A stretch of DNA of 64,000 bases from Bacteroidota bacterium (lineage in GTDB: Bacteria; Bacteroidota; Bacteroidia; Bacteroidales; JACABE01), in NCBI GenBank assembly GCA_013377005.1, contig JACABE010000017.1, forward strand, positions 9,096-73,095, in the 5' to 3' direction. This document shows, piece by piece, positions 1 through 9,074 of the stretch. The position numbers and the translations under genes were made by a program. The notes under the pieces are model-generated. The model ran no database searches and had not been told where the DNA came from. It worked only from the letters and a program-made list of their open reading frames with translations. Each line of letters opens with the position of its first letter. Positions within the stretch are counted from its first letter, which is position 1.

Positions 1-105
1 ATTAAATGAAGTTATACTAATGGTTAAGAATGTACAGAATATGAGCAATAATAGTATTTTTGCCAGTACTTTATATTCTGTTATATGTGTTTTGTTGTGA
101 TCCAT
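1..105 (-). CDS. cytochrome c oxidase subunit IV-family small membrane protein (N-terminal part only, runs off the window edge)
   Basis: Not in the ORF track because it is truncated. The reverse-strand ATG at 105 gives MDHNKTHITEYKVLAKILLLLIFCTFLTISITSFN. This is a short polar N-terminus followed by a TM helix, 16 nt downstream of the subunit III stop, the layout of prokaryotic CoxIV-family proteins. Confidence 0.45.
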   Translation of the reverse strand, partial: MDHNKTHITEYKVLAKILLLLIFCTFLTISITSFN

Positions 106-121
106 ATTTTAAAAATTTAAA

Positions 122-739
122 TTATGTAATTAAATACATTAATGGAAAGAGGAATATCCAGATTAAATCAACCAGATGCCAATAAAGGGCTCCATTTTCC
201 AAAAAAACAAATCTGTCTGAATTGACACTGTCTTTTTTCACTTTAAAATAAGCGATAATAAGCAAAATCATACCTACGATAATATGAAGTGCATGCAACC
301 CGGTCATAAAGAAATAAAGACTGAAATACAACAAATGTCCTCTTTCCAGCAAAGCCATCAAATCGGAGCCGGGATATAATCCGTGTTCAAATTTATGTCC
401 CCATTCAAAATACTTATTTATCAAAAATATTAAGGCCATCAATAAGGTAACAGCTATCAATCTCAATGCAAGTTTTTTGTTGTTTTTCTGAATGGCAGTC
501 AGCGCCATAGCAATGGTCATACTACTGAAAAGCAATACAATAGTATTAATAACACCTATCGTTACACTGAGTTCTAAGCTAGCTTCATGAAAATTAACAG
601 GATATTGCCATCTGTAGATAGAATAAACCAGGAACAAACCTCCAAATAAAAGCAGTTCCGTGAAAATAAAGAGCCACATCCCTAATTTGGATGCTTCATC
701 ATCTCTGTGCTCTTCTATATGTATTCCTTTTTCGCTCAT
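122..739 (-). CDS. ctaE: heme-copper oxidase subunit III
   Basis: 205 aa multi-TM protein ending in ALYWHLVDLIWIFLFPLMYL, the typical subunit III C-terminus (WHFVDVVW-like). It lies directly downstream of subunit I. Confidence 0.85.
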   Translation of the reverse strand: MSEKGIHIEEHRDDEASKLGMWLFIFTELLLFGGLFLVYSIYRWQYPVNFHEASLELSVTIGVINTIVLLFSSMTIAMALTAIQKNNKKLALRLIAVTLLMALIFLINKYFEWGHKFEHGLYPGSDLMALLERGHLLYFSLYFFMTGLHALHIIVGMILLIIAYFKVKKDSVNSDRFVFLENGALYWHLVDLIWIFLFPLMYLIT

Positions 740-753
740 AGTTTTAAATTTTA

Positions 754-2367
754 CTAAATATAATCGTAAGGATTTTCTTTCACAACAGGTGCTTCATCGA
801 AATTTTCCAATGAAGGAGGAGAAGGTATCTGCCATTCAAGGGTAGATCCATTCCATGGATTAGCAGGTGCAATTTCACCTTTTCTTACACCCATTATAAG
901 ATTGTATACCATCAGTATTATTCCGGATATTAATATAACCCCGCCTATAGTGGAAATAATCTGAGCCCACTGAAACTGTGGTGGATAATCGAAATATCTT
1001 CTCGGCATTCCCTGAATTCCAATGATAAACTGAGGAAAATACAATAGGTTAAAACCTATAAAAAGTGATCCCCAGGCAATATTTGCACGTTTGAAATTGT
1101 ACATCTTACCATACATTTTGGGTAACCAATAATGAATAGCTGCAAAAAATGCGAAGCCCATGCCTCCGAAAATGATATAATGGAAATGTGCAACAATAAA
1201 TGACGTGTCGTGCACCTGAATATTGGTTGCTACTGAGCCAAGGATTAATCCGGTAGTACCACCTATAATGAAAAGAAAAATAAATGAAAGTGCAAACAAA
1301 AATGGTGGTTTTAAATCTATAGAACCTTTATACATAGTAGATATCCAGTTAAAAACTTTTATAGCACTGGGAACAGCAACAATAAATGTTAGCAATGAAA
1401 AAAACCATCTTGCATTTTCACTCATACCTGAAGTGTACATGTGATGACCCCAAACAAGGAAACCAACACCTGCAATGGCAAGACTAGATAATGCAATCGC
1501 CTTGTAACCGTAAACCTTTTTCTGACAGAAAGTAGGAATAATTTCAGTAATTACACCCATAGCAGGCAATATCATAATATAAACAGCAGGATGTGAATAA
1601 ATCCAGAATAAATGTTGGAACAGCAATGGATCTCCTCCTAGTTTAGGATCAAAGAAGCCAATACCGAACAAACGTTCTGCAATCAGCATCAACAGTGTTA
1701 TCCCAACAATAGGCGTTGCCAATAATTGTATCCATGCAGTAGCATAAATAGACCATGGAAACAATGGCATATTGAAAAATTTCATTCCAGGTGCCCGCAT
1801 GCGATGCACCGTTACAATAAAATTAAGACCGGTAAGAATAGACGAAAAACCCAGCACAAAAGCTGCAGTAGTTGCCATAATTACACTGGTCCCTGTTGTA
1901 GTACTATAAGGAGCATAAAACGTCCAACCGGTATCAGGAGGGCCACTTTTTAGAAACTGAGAAGCAACTGCTAAAATACTGCCAAAAATAAATATCCACC
2001 ATGAAAATAAATTCAGTTTTGGGAATGCTACATCCTTAGCGCCAATTAAAATGGGTAGAAAGAAGTTACCAAATACTGCTGAAAGACCGGGTATCACTAC
2101 CATGAAAATCATAATAACACCATGGACGGTGAAAATACCATTATAGGTTTGAGGTTTCATAATAGTTTCTCCAGGAGCTATCAACTCAAAACGCATCAAT
2201 AACCCTAAGATGGCACCCACAAAGAAGAAGGTTGCAATTGCATACAAATATAACAAAGCAATTCTCTTATGATCCGTAGCAAATATCCAGGAACGCAGAC
2301 CGCTGTATTTCCCTTGATGCTCCAGATAGCTTACGTATTCTATTTTATCTGTTCCGTTACTCATCAT
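754..2367 (-). CDS. ctaD: heme-copper (cytochrome c) oxidase subunit I, A2-type
   Basis: 537 aa. Metal-ligand contexts are present: HGVIMIF (helix II His), YSHPAVY (CuB His plus cross-link Tyr), WGHHMY (CuB His pair), HFHYIIFGG (heme a3/heme a His). YSHPAVY replaces the GHPEVY Glu with the Tyr-Ser pair diagnostic of A2-type oxidases. Confidence 0.95.
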   Translation of the reverse strand: MMSNGTDKIEYVSYLEHQGKYSGLRSWIFATDHKRIALLYLYAIATFFFVGAILGLLMRFELIAPGETIMKPQTYNGIFTVHGVIMIFMVVIPGLSAVFGNFFLPILIGAKDVAFPKLNLFSWWIFIFGSILAVASQFLKSGPPDTGWTFYAPYSTTTGTSVIMATTAAFVLGFSSILTGLNFIVTVHRMRAPGMKFFNMPLFPWSIYATAWIQLLATPIVGITLLMLIAERLFGIGFFDPKLGGDPLLFQHLFWIYSHPAVYIMILPAMGVITEIIPTFCQKKVYGYKAIALSSLAIAGVGFLVWGHHMYTSGMSENARWFFSLLTFIVAVPSAIKVFNWISTMYKGSIDLKPPFLFALSFIFLFIIGGTTGLILGSVATNIQVHDTSFIVAHFHYIIFGGMGFAFFAAIHYWLPKMYGKMYNFKRANIAWGSLFIGFNLLYFPQFIIGIQGMPRRYFDYPPQFQWAQIISTIGGVILISGIILMVYNLIMGVRKGEIAPANPWNGSTLEWQIPSPPSLENFDEAPVVKENPYDYI

Positions 2368-2370
2368 TAC

Positions 2371-3141
2371 TTAATTTTTGTTTTTTCTTTTTGGTTTAAT
2401 CAGATATACTATAATAAATACCAGTATAAAAAAGACGATTAAAGTTCCTGCAATCTTTGTTACATCCAACGCAAAACGTCTATTGTCAGGATCATAAGTA
2501 TAACAAAGTTGCAATATTTTTTGTATAGTTGGTCTTGGCTGTTCTTTATTGGCTTCAATAATAGCCATTTTAAAATCAATAGGTAAAAATGTGATTCCAT
2601 ACAGATATCTGGTAATCATCCCTTGAGGGCTAATCGCAATAATAGCAGAAGGATGAACAAAATCCAATCCCACAGCTCTGGTTTTAAAACCTGTAGCATC
2701 TGTAATCTTGAATATTGTCAAACTATCAGTAGTCAGAAATATCCATCCATTTTCTTTCCCTTTAGAATAGCGTTCGGTAAATTTTTGTTTTTTTGCTTTG
2801 GCTTTATCAGGAGTGTCTCTGAAATTAAAACTGATAGTAATTACTTGATAATCTTTACCAAGTTCCAAATTTGTTTTCTGGATTACACCACCGAGTCCTT
2901 CCAACAAAGGACTGCATAATCCTGGACAATCAAAATAAACAAAGGATAAAATAGTTGGTTTGTTAATGAGTTGTTTTAATGTTACAGTATCAAACTTATC
3001 ATTTACAAATTTCAAATCCAGAGGAATCATAGCACCAAGGTGTTCTACAACGCCGACATCTGTTGCCTGATCTACCTGAGCCTTAGTGCTGAGGCTTAGA
3101 AAAAAAACAATAACGAAAATAAAAAATAATTTTCTTTGCAT
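2371..3141 (-). CDS. SCO1/SenC family copper chaperone (thioredoxin fold)
   Basis: Signal/anchor sequence, then FDCPGLCSPLL (CxxxC copper-binding motif) and a downstream FVHPS His, typical of SCO proteins. Confidence 0.85.
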   Translation of the reverse strand: MQRKLFFIFVIVFFLSLSTKAQVDQATDVGVVEHLGAMIPLDLKFVNDKFDTVTLKQLINKPTILSFVYFDCPGLCSPLLEGLGGVIQKTNLELGKDYQVITISFNFRDTPDKAKAKKQKFTERYSKGKENGWIFLTTDSLTIFKITDATGFKTRAVGLDFVHPSAIIAISPQGMITRYLYGITFLPIDFKMAIIEANKEQPRPTIQKILQLCYTYDPDNRRFALDVTKIAGTLIVFFILVFIIVYLIKPKRKNKN

Positions 3142-3151
3142 AACAATAGAT

Positions 3152-4057
3152 TTAATTTTCTCCTAATTTTCTTATTTTCAACAAACTAAAAATAATATAC
3201 AGTAAAAAAGCCCCTACAGTAAGAACAATTGACGTATAAGTAATTATTATCCACCAAGGCGCTTTTTTTAGAATATTCCAAATGGCTCTATTTTGAGTTA
3301 ATCCAAGTTTGTCTGTTGGTATTCCTATATTGAATTTATTTACAGATTCAATCTCTCCGTACAATTCATCTGATACCTTTATTGCAACATCTACATTTCC
3401 TGTTTTATCACCAGGCAAATCTTTTGGAAAGTTAAAAATAGCAATCCCGTCAGCATTGGTTCTGATTGTTTTTTCAATCTGTAATTTACCAAAATACCGG
3501 GTTACAAACAACGAAACTTCAGCATCTTTCAATGGTATAACTCCTGTTTTTTCGTTGGCAATAATATTTAATTTAAGTTTATTACTTAAGGAATCAAAGA
3601 CACAGTTAATTTTAACCAACTTACTTTTAGTAGGATCAGTTTTTGAGAGAACCTGTACATATTTATTATTAAAACTTCTGATAAAAGAAATTGCTTTCCA
3701 GCGTTCTTCTTCTGAAAGTGTATTTTTAAAGGAAGGCATCGCATTCCTTCCCGTATTAAGAATATAAAACAATTCACCGTCAGTAAGTTCCTGCGTTAAT
3801 GCTTGCGACAAATCTGGCGGAGCAGGATTCATTGTTTTGATACCATTGGATTTACCAAGATCTCCATGACAGGATTTGCAATTTTTGGTAAATATAGCTT
3901 CACCTTCCTTAGCCGTATTCCCGTCAAATTTAATATAGCTGTTTTTTGACTTTTTGTCAGCCGGAACATCCCATCTCTGTGCATTTAATTGCAGAAAGAA
4001 TAAAAAACATATTAAAAATGTTGCCGTTAATCTTAATTTAATATTTTCTTTAAACAT
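3152..4057 (-). CDS. membrane-anchored monoheme c-type cytochrome with a beta-rich middle domain
   Basis: N-terminal signal/TM, a single CKSCHG heme c site with a downstream NAMPSF Met ligand candidate, a beta-strand-rich region (DAEVSLFVTRYF...DGIAIFNF) and a C-terminal TM helix (WWIIITYTSIVLTVGAFLLYIIF). No CuA motif. Confidence 0.7.
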   Translation of the reverse strand: MFKENIKLRLTATFLICFLFFLQLNAQRWDVPADKKSKNSYIKFDGNTAKEGEAIFTKNCKSCHGDLGKSNGIKTMNPAPPDLSQALTQELTDGELFYILNTGRNAMPSFKNTLSEEERWKAISFIRSFNNKYVQVLSKTDPTKSKLVKINCVFDSLSNKLKLNIIANEKTGVIPLKDAEVSLFVTRYFGKLQIEKTIRTNADGIAIFNFPKDLPGDKTGNVDVAIKVSDELYGEIESVNKFNIGIPTDKLGLTQNRAIWNILKKAPWWIIITYTSIVLTVGAFLLYIIFSLLKIRKLGEN

Positions 4058-4068
4058 ATCTATTACAT

Positions 4069-5376
4069 TTATTTAGTTTCTTCAAGATGTTCTATCGTTT
4101 CATGAACAGGTATAATTGGAACCACTTTTGATAATATGGTAATAATAATAAGAACTAAAATTATAGGTGCCAGAGAAATAAGTGATTCTGTTAATGAAGG
4201 CGTATATATTTTGAAATTCATAGGTACGTTCTGGATAGGCAAAAATGGATGTTCCTGTGTAGGAATAACAATAATATATCTTTTTAACCATGCGCCGCAA
4301 ATTACAAATAAAGCAACAACCAGCATTGGTAAAGGTTTTCTCATTTTCTTAAAAAGAAGTAAAACGATGGGTAATACCAATCCAAAGATTTGTACAGACC
4401 AAAACAACAATGCATGAGTACCTGTGAATAAAGCATGTATATGCATGGCATCGAATTTTTTCATTTTATAACCCGGAACCATGTATTCATTCAAAGTAAA
4501 GTATAGGTAAATCAAGGAAACCAGTACCAAAAGCTTACCCATTTTATCAAAATGCTTTTCTGTAATATAATCCTGTAATTTGAAATTATTTCTATAGAAA
4601 AACATTGCAATAATAACGGCTGCAGAACCCGATACAAAAGCACCTGTTACAAAATAAGGTCCGAAAATACTGCTATCCCAACCTACCCTTGTAGTACTGG
4701 CAAATAACCATGATGTTACTGTATGAATAGCAAGTGCAACAGGAATAATCAAAATTGCAAGTATTCTAGTAGATTGCTTGATGATTTTAATTTGCTCCGG
4801 TGATCCAATCCAGTTTAAAGACAAAACTTTATAAATATTTCTTTTATAGGCAGGCAGTTGATTCATTTTATCATAACATATTTTCAAGTCAGGAATTAAA
4901 GGAACATATAAAAACAAAGCAGATATCAGCACATAAAAAGTAACAACAGTAACGTCCCATAAGATGGGAGACTGAATTCTTCCATAAAGAAAAACATTGA
5001 TTAACCTTTCCGGACGACCCATATCTGAAATAATTACCAAACCAGCTACTGCAGCAAAAGCCAATGCAATAATTTCTGCAATTCTGGCTAATGGTGATGC
5101 CCATTTTTCACCAGAAAGACCTAATACTGCACTAATTAACATTCCTATTAAACTGGTTGCAACAAAAAATACAAAGTTGGAGATATACATTCCCCAAGAT
5201 ACATAGTCGCGAAGACCTGTTACAACCATACCTTTATCAAGTTGAACTGAGTATGCATATAAACATACAATGAGAGAAACACCTAAAAATCCCATCCAAA
5301 CCATAAAGCTATGATTTATTCTGATGGGTTTAAGTAAATCGGATGTGATTTTGTCAAATTTTGATTGATCTAACAT
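4069..5376 (-). CDS. NrfD/PsrC-family polytopic quinol-interacting membrane subunit (ActC-like)
   Basis: 435 aa, about 10 predicted TM helices, directly downstream of a Tat-exported 4-cluster FeS protein. This is the canonical NrfC/NrfD or PsrB/PsrC pairing. Confidence 0.75.
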   Translation of the reverse strand: MLDQSKFDKITSDLLKPIRINHSFMVWMGFLGVSLIVCLYAYSVQLDKGMVVTGLRDYVSWGMYISNFVFFVATSLIGMLISAVLGLSGEKWASPLARIAEIIALAFAAVAGLVIISDMGRPERLINVFLYGRIQSPILWDVTVVTFYVLISALFLYVPLIPDLKICYDKMNQLPAYKRNIYKVLSLNWIGSPEQIKIIKQSTRILAILIIPVALAIHTVTSWLFASTTRVGWDSSIFGPYFVTGAFVSGSAAVIIAMFFYRNNFKLQDYITEKHFDKMGKLLVLVSLIYLYFTLNEYMVPGYKMKKFDAMHIHALFTGTHALLFWSVQIFGLVLPIVLLLFKKMRKPLPMLVVALFVICGAWLKRYIIVIPTQEHPFLPIQNVPMNFKIYTPSLTESLISLAPIILVLIIITILSKVVPIIPVHETIEHLEETK

Positions 5377-5385
5377 ATATATTAA

Positions 5386-6357
5386 TTATGAATTGTTAAT
5401 ATCTAAATGTTCTTCTGCTTCCAGTTTATCTTTATCCTGAAATGGGGCAGTTCTGTTTTTGGCAGGCAGGTAATAAACTCTTGTTTTAGTACCTAACTCT
5501 GGCATTAAACGATAACCGGCATTTTCTTCAAGTAACTTACTGAATCTAACTGTTTCCTTGGTAGTTCCGTTGGTTACTGCATCTTCATTTTCATCGCCAA
5601 AATAATAAACGCCATTCGGACAGGCAGAAACACAATAAGGCATTTTACCTTCTCGTAATCTATCAGCACTAAATAAACATTTACTTACAGTCCCTTTTCG
5701 CTGAGGAACATTTAATTCAACATTGTAGGTTTTATCCTTATCCTCTTCAGCAAGTAATGGTTCAGCCCAATTAAATACACGAGCGCTGTAGGGACAAGCT
5801 GCAATACAAAAACGACAGCCGATACATCTTTCATTATCAATTAAAACAATTCCATCAGGACGTTTGAAGGTAGCATCTACTGGACAAACAGCCACACAAG
5901 GAGGATTGTCGCAATGCTGGCATGGTTTTGCCATATAAAAAGGAGGAGTATTCTTCGACTCCTGCATTTTCAATACATTGATATGGTGTTGTTCTGGTCT
6001 CAGCTGATGTGCACCTTGACAAGCTGACATACATTTACGGGCATTTTTGCATTTTGATAAGTCAACAACCATTACCCATCGTTTTCCGGGTATTCCTTCT
6101 CTTCCTTCTTTTTGTAAAGCAGTTAGATTTTCTGCTTTCGATTTACCAACTTTGGTTGCATCATTTCTGTCAATTTCGAGAAGTTCGTTTTCGGCAGTCA
6201 ATACTTTTATACGAGCACCTGTTGATTTTTTCTTATCGTAATTTATCCCTGCTAGTATTGCAGATCCGGCTAATACAGACCCAACACCTACAATTCCAAC
6301 TTGTTGTATAAACTCTCTTCTTGATTTATTTTTCGGGTTTTCTTCTTTTTCACTCAT
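5386..6357 (-). CDS. Tat-exported 4Fe-4S ferredoxin-type subunit (NrfC/PsrB/HybA/ActB2-like)
   Basis: Twin-arginine signal SRREFIQQVG. Cys clusters: CKNARKCMSAC, CQHCDNPPCVAVCP, CIGCRFCIAACP and C..YCVSACP. Confidence 0.85.
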   Translation of the reverse strand: MSEKEENPKNKSRREFIQQVGIVGVGSVLAGSAILAGINYDKKKSTGARIKVLTAENELLEIDRNDATKVGKSKAENLTALQKEGREGIPGKRWVMVVDLSKCKNARKCMSACQGAHQLRPEQHHINVLKMQESKNTPPFYMAKPCQHCDNPPCVAVCPVDATFKRPDGIVLIDNERCIGCRFCIAACPYSARVFNWAEPLLAEEDKDKTYNVELNVPQRKGTVSKCLFSADRLREGKMPYCVSACPNGVYYFGDENEDAVTNGTTKETVRFSKLLEENAGYRLMPELGTKTRVYYLPAKNRTAPFQDKDKLEAEEHLDINNS

Positions 6358-6890
6358 TCCTAAAAAGTAATTCTAATTTATTAATATAAATTTACTAAGA
6401 CAAAGATAATAATATATTTATAATTATCTAGTCTTTTATAAAGTATTTCAAAAATAAAAAACCATAAGATTTTTTTAACCAGATACAAATTATACATAAA
6501 AAATATGTCTTTTCAACAGAAAAAACCAACATAATTCTAGGTGTAAATCACTGCAATATATCAGTATTAAAAAATAACAAAATTGAGTTCTTATTGTTTA
6601 TTATCATACTTATTTATTCCTTGTTTCTATAAAAATTTCTATTTCACATACTGCTTTTAATTTCCTATTTTATTCTCGTTATTCTATTTATTTAATTGTA
6701 TTTACGTAGTTTGAAAAGTATCAAATATTGATTTCGACAATAGAGCATGGATGTAAAATTTTAATTACATTGAATATAAGAATGTTGTTAATATTCTCAA
6801 CAAATTACTTTTTTTATTGGAAATAATATTGGATACCAATAGATTAAAGATAGTGTCATTTTTAGAATTTCACATTTAACTGATTTTCCC

Positions 6891-6898
6891 TATCTTTG
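6891..6898 (+). promoter_or_regulatory. Bacteroidota -7 promoter box (TAnnTTTG) for lysS
   Basis: TATCTTTG lies 17 nt upstream of the lysS ATG. No clean -33 TTTG was seen. Confidence 0.4.
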
Positions 6899-6915
6899 CA
6901 AAAATTTTTAATTTT

Positions 6916-8640
6916 ATGAGTTTAGAGTTAAGCGAACAAGAGTTATTCCGCAGAAAATCACTGGAAGAACTCCAAAATGCAGGTATCAATCCTTACCCTG
7001 CCGAATTATTTGAAGTAAATGCAAAAACAACAGAAATATTAGAGAAATATCCAACTGACAATACACTTTTTCAGAAAGTAAGTATAGCCGGTCGTATGAT
7101 GAGTCGTCGTATTATGGGAGCAGCTTCATTTGTAGAGTTACAGGACAGCGTGGGGCGTATTCAGTTGTATATCAAACGCGATGATATTTGTGAAGGTGAA
7201 GATACTTCGTTTTACAATAATGTATTCAAAAAAATGATGGATATCGGTGATATCATTGGGGTTACAGGATATGTATTCACTACCCAGATGGGTGAAATCA
7301 GCATACATGTTACCGAGCTCAAACTGTTGAGCAAATCGCTGAAACCTTTGCCTATTGTTAAAGAAAAAGATGGTGTAGTTTACGATGCTTTCAGCGATCC
7401 CGAACAACGCTATCGTCAGCGTTATGTAGATTTGATTGTAAACGAAGGGGTAAAAGATACTTTTATCAAGCGAACCAAGGTGATACAATCCATGCGCGAA
7501 TTTTTCAATGCTCAAGGTTATTTGGAGGTAGAAACGCCAATATTACAGGCAATCCCGGGCGGAGCTGCTGCACGTCCGTTTTCAACCCATCACAATGCAT
7601 TGAACATTCCGCTTTACTTAAGAGTTGCCAATGAATTATATTTGAAAAGATTGATTGTAGGTGGTTTCGATGGCGTTTATGAATTTGCAAAAGATTTTCG
7701 CAACGAAGGTATGGATCGCACCCATAATCCTGAATTTACTGTAATGGAAATATATGTAGCCTACAAGGATTACTTATGGATGATGGATTTTACCGAAAAA
7801 ATGATAGAAAAAGTGGCGCTTGATTTACATGGAAAAACTCAGGTTCTGTTTGGTGAAAATCAGATAGAATTTAAAGCACCTTTCCGCAGAGTTACTATGA
7901 TAGATGCTATTAAAGAACATACTGGTTATGATATTAAGAATATGAATGAAAGTCAGATTTTAAATGTTTATGGGAATCTTGGATTTGTAAAAGATCCAAG
8001 TAAAGGTAAAGCAAAAATGATTGATGAAATTTTCGGTGAAAAATGCGAGCATAACTATATACAACCAACTTTTATTATTGATTATCCTGTAGAAATGTCG
8101 CCACTTTGCAAAAAGCACCGCGATAACCCTGAACTTACCGAACGTTTTGAGCTTTTTGTAAACGGAAAAGAACTGGCAAATGCTTACACCGAGCTGAATG
8201 ACCCGATAGACCAGTATAATCGTTTTTATGATCAAATGAAATTAGCTGCAAGAGGGGATGATGAAGCGATGTTTATCGATCAGGATTTCTTACGTGCGTT
8301 GGAATATGGTATGCCGCCAACTTCGGGTATGGGTATCGGAATAGATAGATTGGTAATGTTTATGACCAATTCAAACTCTATACAGGATGTGCTTTTCTTT
8401 CCACAGATGCGTCCCGAAAAGAAAGCAGTTCAGTCAACTGATGAAGAATTTGCAGCAATTGGTGTACCTGAACTATGGATTCAGCATATCAGAAAAGCCG
8501 GTTTTAATACTTTGTCAGCATTAAAAGAAGCCAATATTAATAAACTATTCAACGACCTAAACGGATTCCGTAAGAAAAACAAACTGGATATTGCAGCTAT
8601 GAATTTGGCGGAATTAACTGAATGGATTTCTAAAATTTAA
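6916..8640 (+). CDS. lysS: lysine--tRNA ligase, class II, with a ~70-aa C-terminal extension
   Basis: 574 aa. OB-fold N-domain, class II core motifs ([22 protein letters not shown]), then an extension after FFPQMRPE. Confidence 0.95.
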   Translation: MSLELSEQELFRRKSLEELQNAGINPYPAELFEVNAKTTEILEKYPTDNTLFQKVSIAGRMMSRRIMGAASFVELQDSVGRIQLYIKRDDICEGEDTSFYNNVFKKMMDIGDIIGVTGYVFTTQMGEISIHVTELKLLSKSLKPLPIVKEKDGVVYDAFSDPEQRYRQRYVDLIVNEGVKDTFIKRTKVIQSMREFFNAQGYLEVETPILQAIPGGAAARPFSTHHNALNIPLYLRVANELYLKRLIVGGFDGVYEFAKDFRNEGMDRTHNPEFTVMEIYVAYKDYLWMMDFTEKMIEKVALDLHGKTQVLFGENQIEFKAPFRRVTMIDAIKEHTGYDIKNMNESQILNVYGNLGFVKDPSKGKAKMIDEIFGEKCEHNYIQPTFIIDYPVEMSPLCKKHRDNPELTERFELFVNGKELANAYTELNDPIDQYNRFYDQMKLAARGDDEAMFIDQDFLRALEYGMPPTSGMGIGIDRLVMFMTNSNSIQDVLFFPQMRPEKKAVQSTDEEFAAIGVPELWIQHIRKAGFNTLSALKEANINKLFNDLNGFRKKNKLDIAAMNLAELTEWISKI

Positions 8641-8646
8641 TTTTTT

Positions 8647-8665
8647 AACCGCAGAGGTCGCAGAG
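8647..8665. repeat. left inverted repeat flanking the GxxExxY cassette (AACCGCAGAGGTCGCAGAG)
   Basis: Matches the reverse complement of 9106-9146 (AACCGCAGAGAACGCAAAG...). It is built from CGCAGAG/CGCAAAG units. Confidence 0.7.
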
Positions 8666-8689
8666 TTTAAAAAACAGAAAAGTAATATT

Positions 8690-9067
8690 ATGACTGAAAA
8701 TGAGATTTCAGAAAAGATAATCGGATGTGCAATCAAAGTTCATAAAGCACTTGGTCCAGGTTTATTAGAAAGTTCTTATCTTGAATGTCTTTATTATGAA
8801 TTACAGAAATCAGGTTTAAAAGTTGAAAAACAAAAAGCTTTACCTTTAATTTACAATGAAGTAAAATTAGAAATTGGATACCGTTTGGATTTGCTTGTTG
8901 AAGGCAAAGTTGTGGTTGAACTAAAAACAATTGAAGCATTAAATGATATCCATACAGCACAAGTAATTACCTATTTAAAATTATCTGCCTGTAAACTCGG
9001 ATTGCTTATGAACTTTAATGTATTACGCTTAATAGATGGTTTAAAAAGAATTGCAAATAATTTATAA
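8690..9067 (+). CDS. GxxExxY family protein (PD-(D/E)XK-like)
   Basis: 125 aa with GPGLLESSY (G-x-x-E-x-x-Y) near the N-terminus and the DLLVEGKVVVELK core typical of this family. Confidence 0.8.
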   Translation: MTENEISEKIIGCAIKVHKALGPGLLESSYLECLYYELQKSGLKVEKQKALPLIYNEVKLEIGYRLDLLVEGKVVVELKTIEALNDIHTAQVITYLKLSACKLGLLMNFNVLRLIDGLKRIANNL

Positions 9068-9074
9068 CTACTTG

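Noticed and set aside
660-845. Many short ORFs in the track lie inside, or mostly overlap, much longer well-supported genes. Most are antisense and a few are same-strand alternate frames. Examples: 660-845, 1223-1444, 1726-1953, 2623-2919, 3309-3767, 4136-4417, 6009-6311, 7138-7515, 11852-12130, 20544-20984, 33125-33487, 39471-39776, 44148-44390, 45667-45963, 52745-53029, 57866-58201.
   Set aside because: They are shadow or alternate-frame ORFs typical of AT-rich DNA. They have low-complexity or Cys/Phe/Ile-rich translations, no motifs and no independent start context, and every one overlaps a gene with strong family signatures.
9051-9074. Track start (ATG 9051) for the PagL-like ORF, overlapping the GxxExxY stop region.
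   Set aside because: It would add an implausibly long pre-signal extension. The ATG at 9075 or the TTG at 9108 gives a more normal signal peptide, but the true start remains uncertain.
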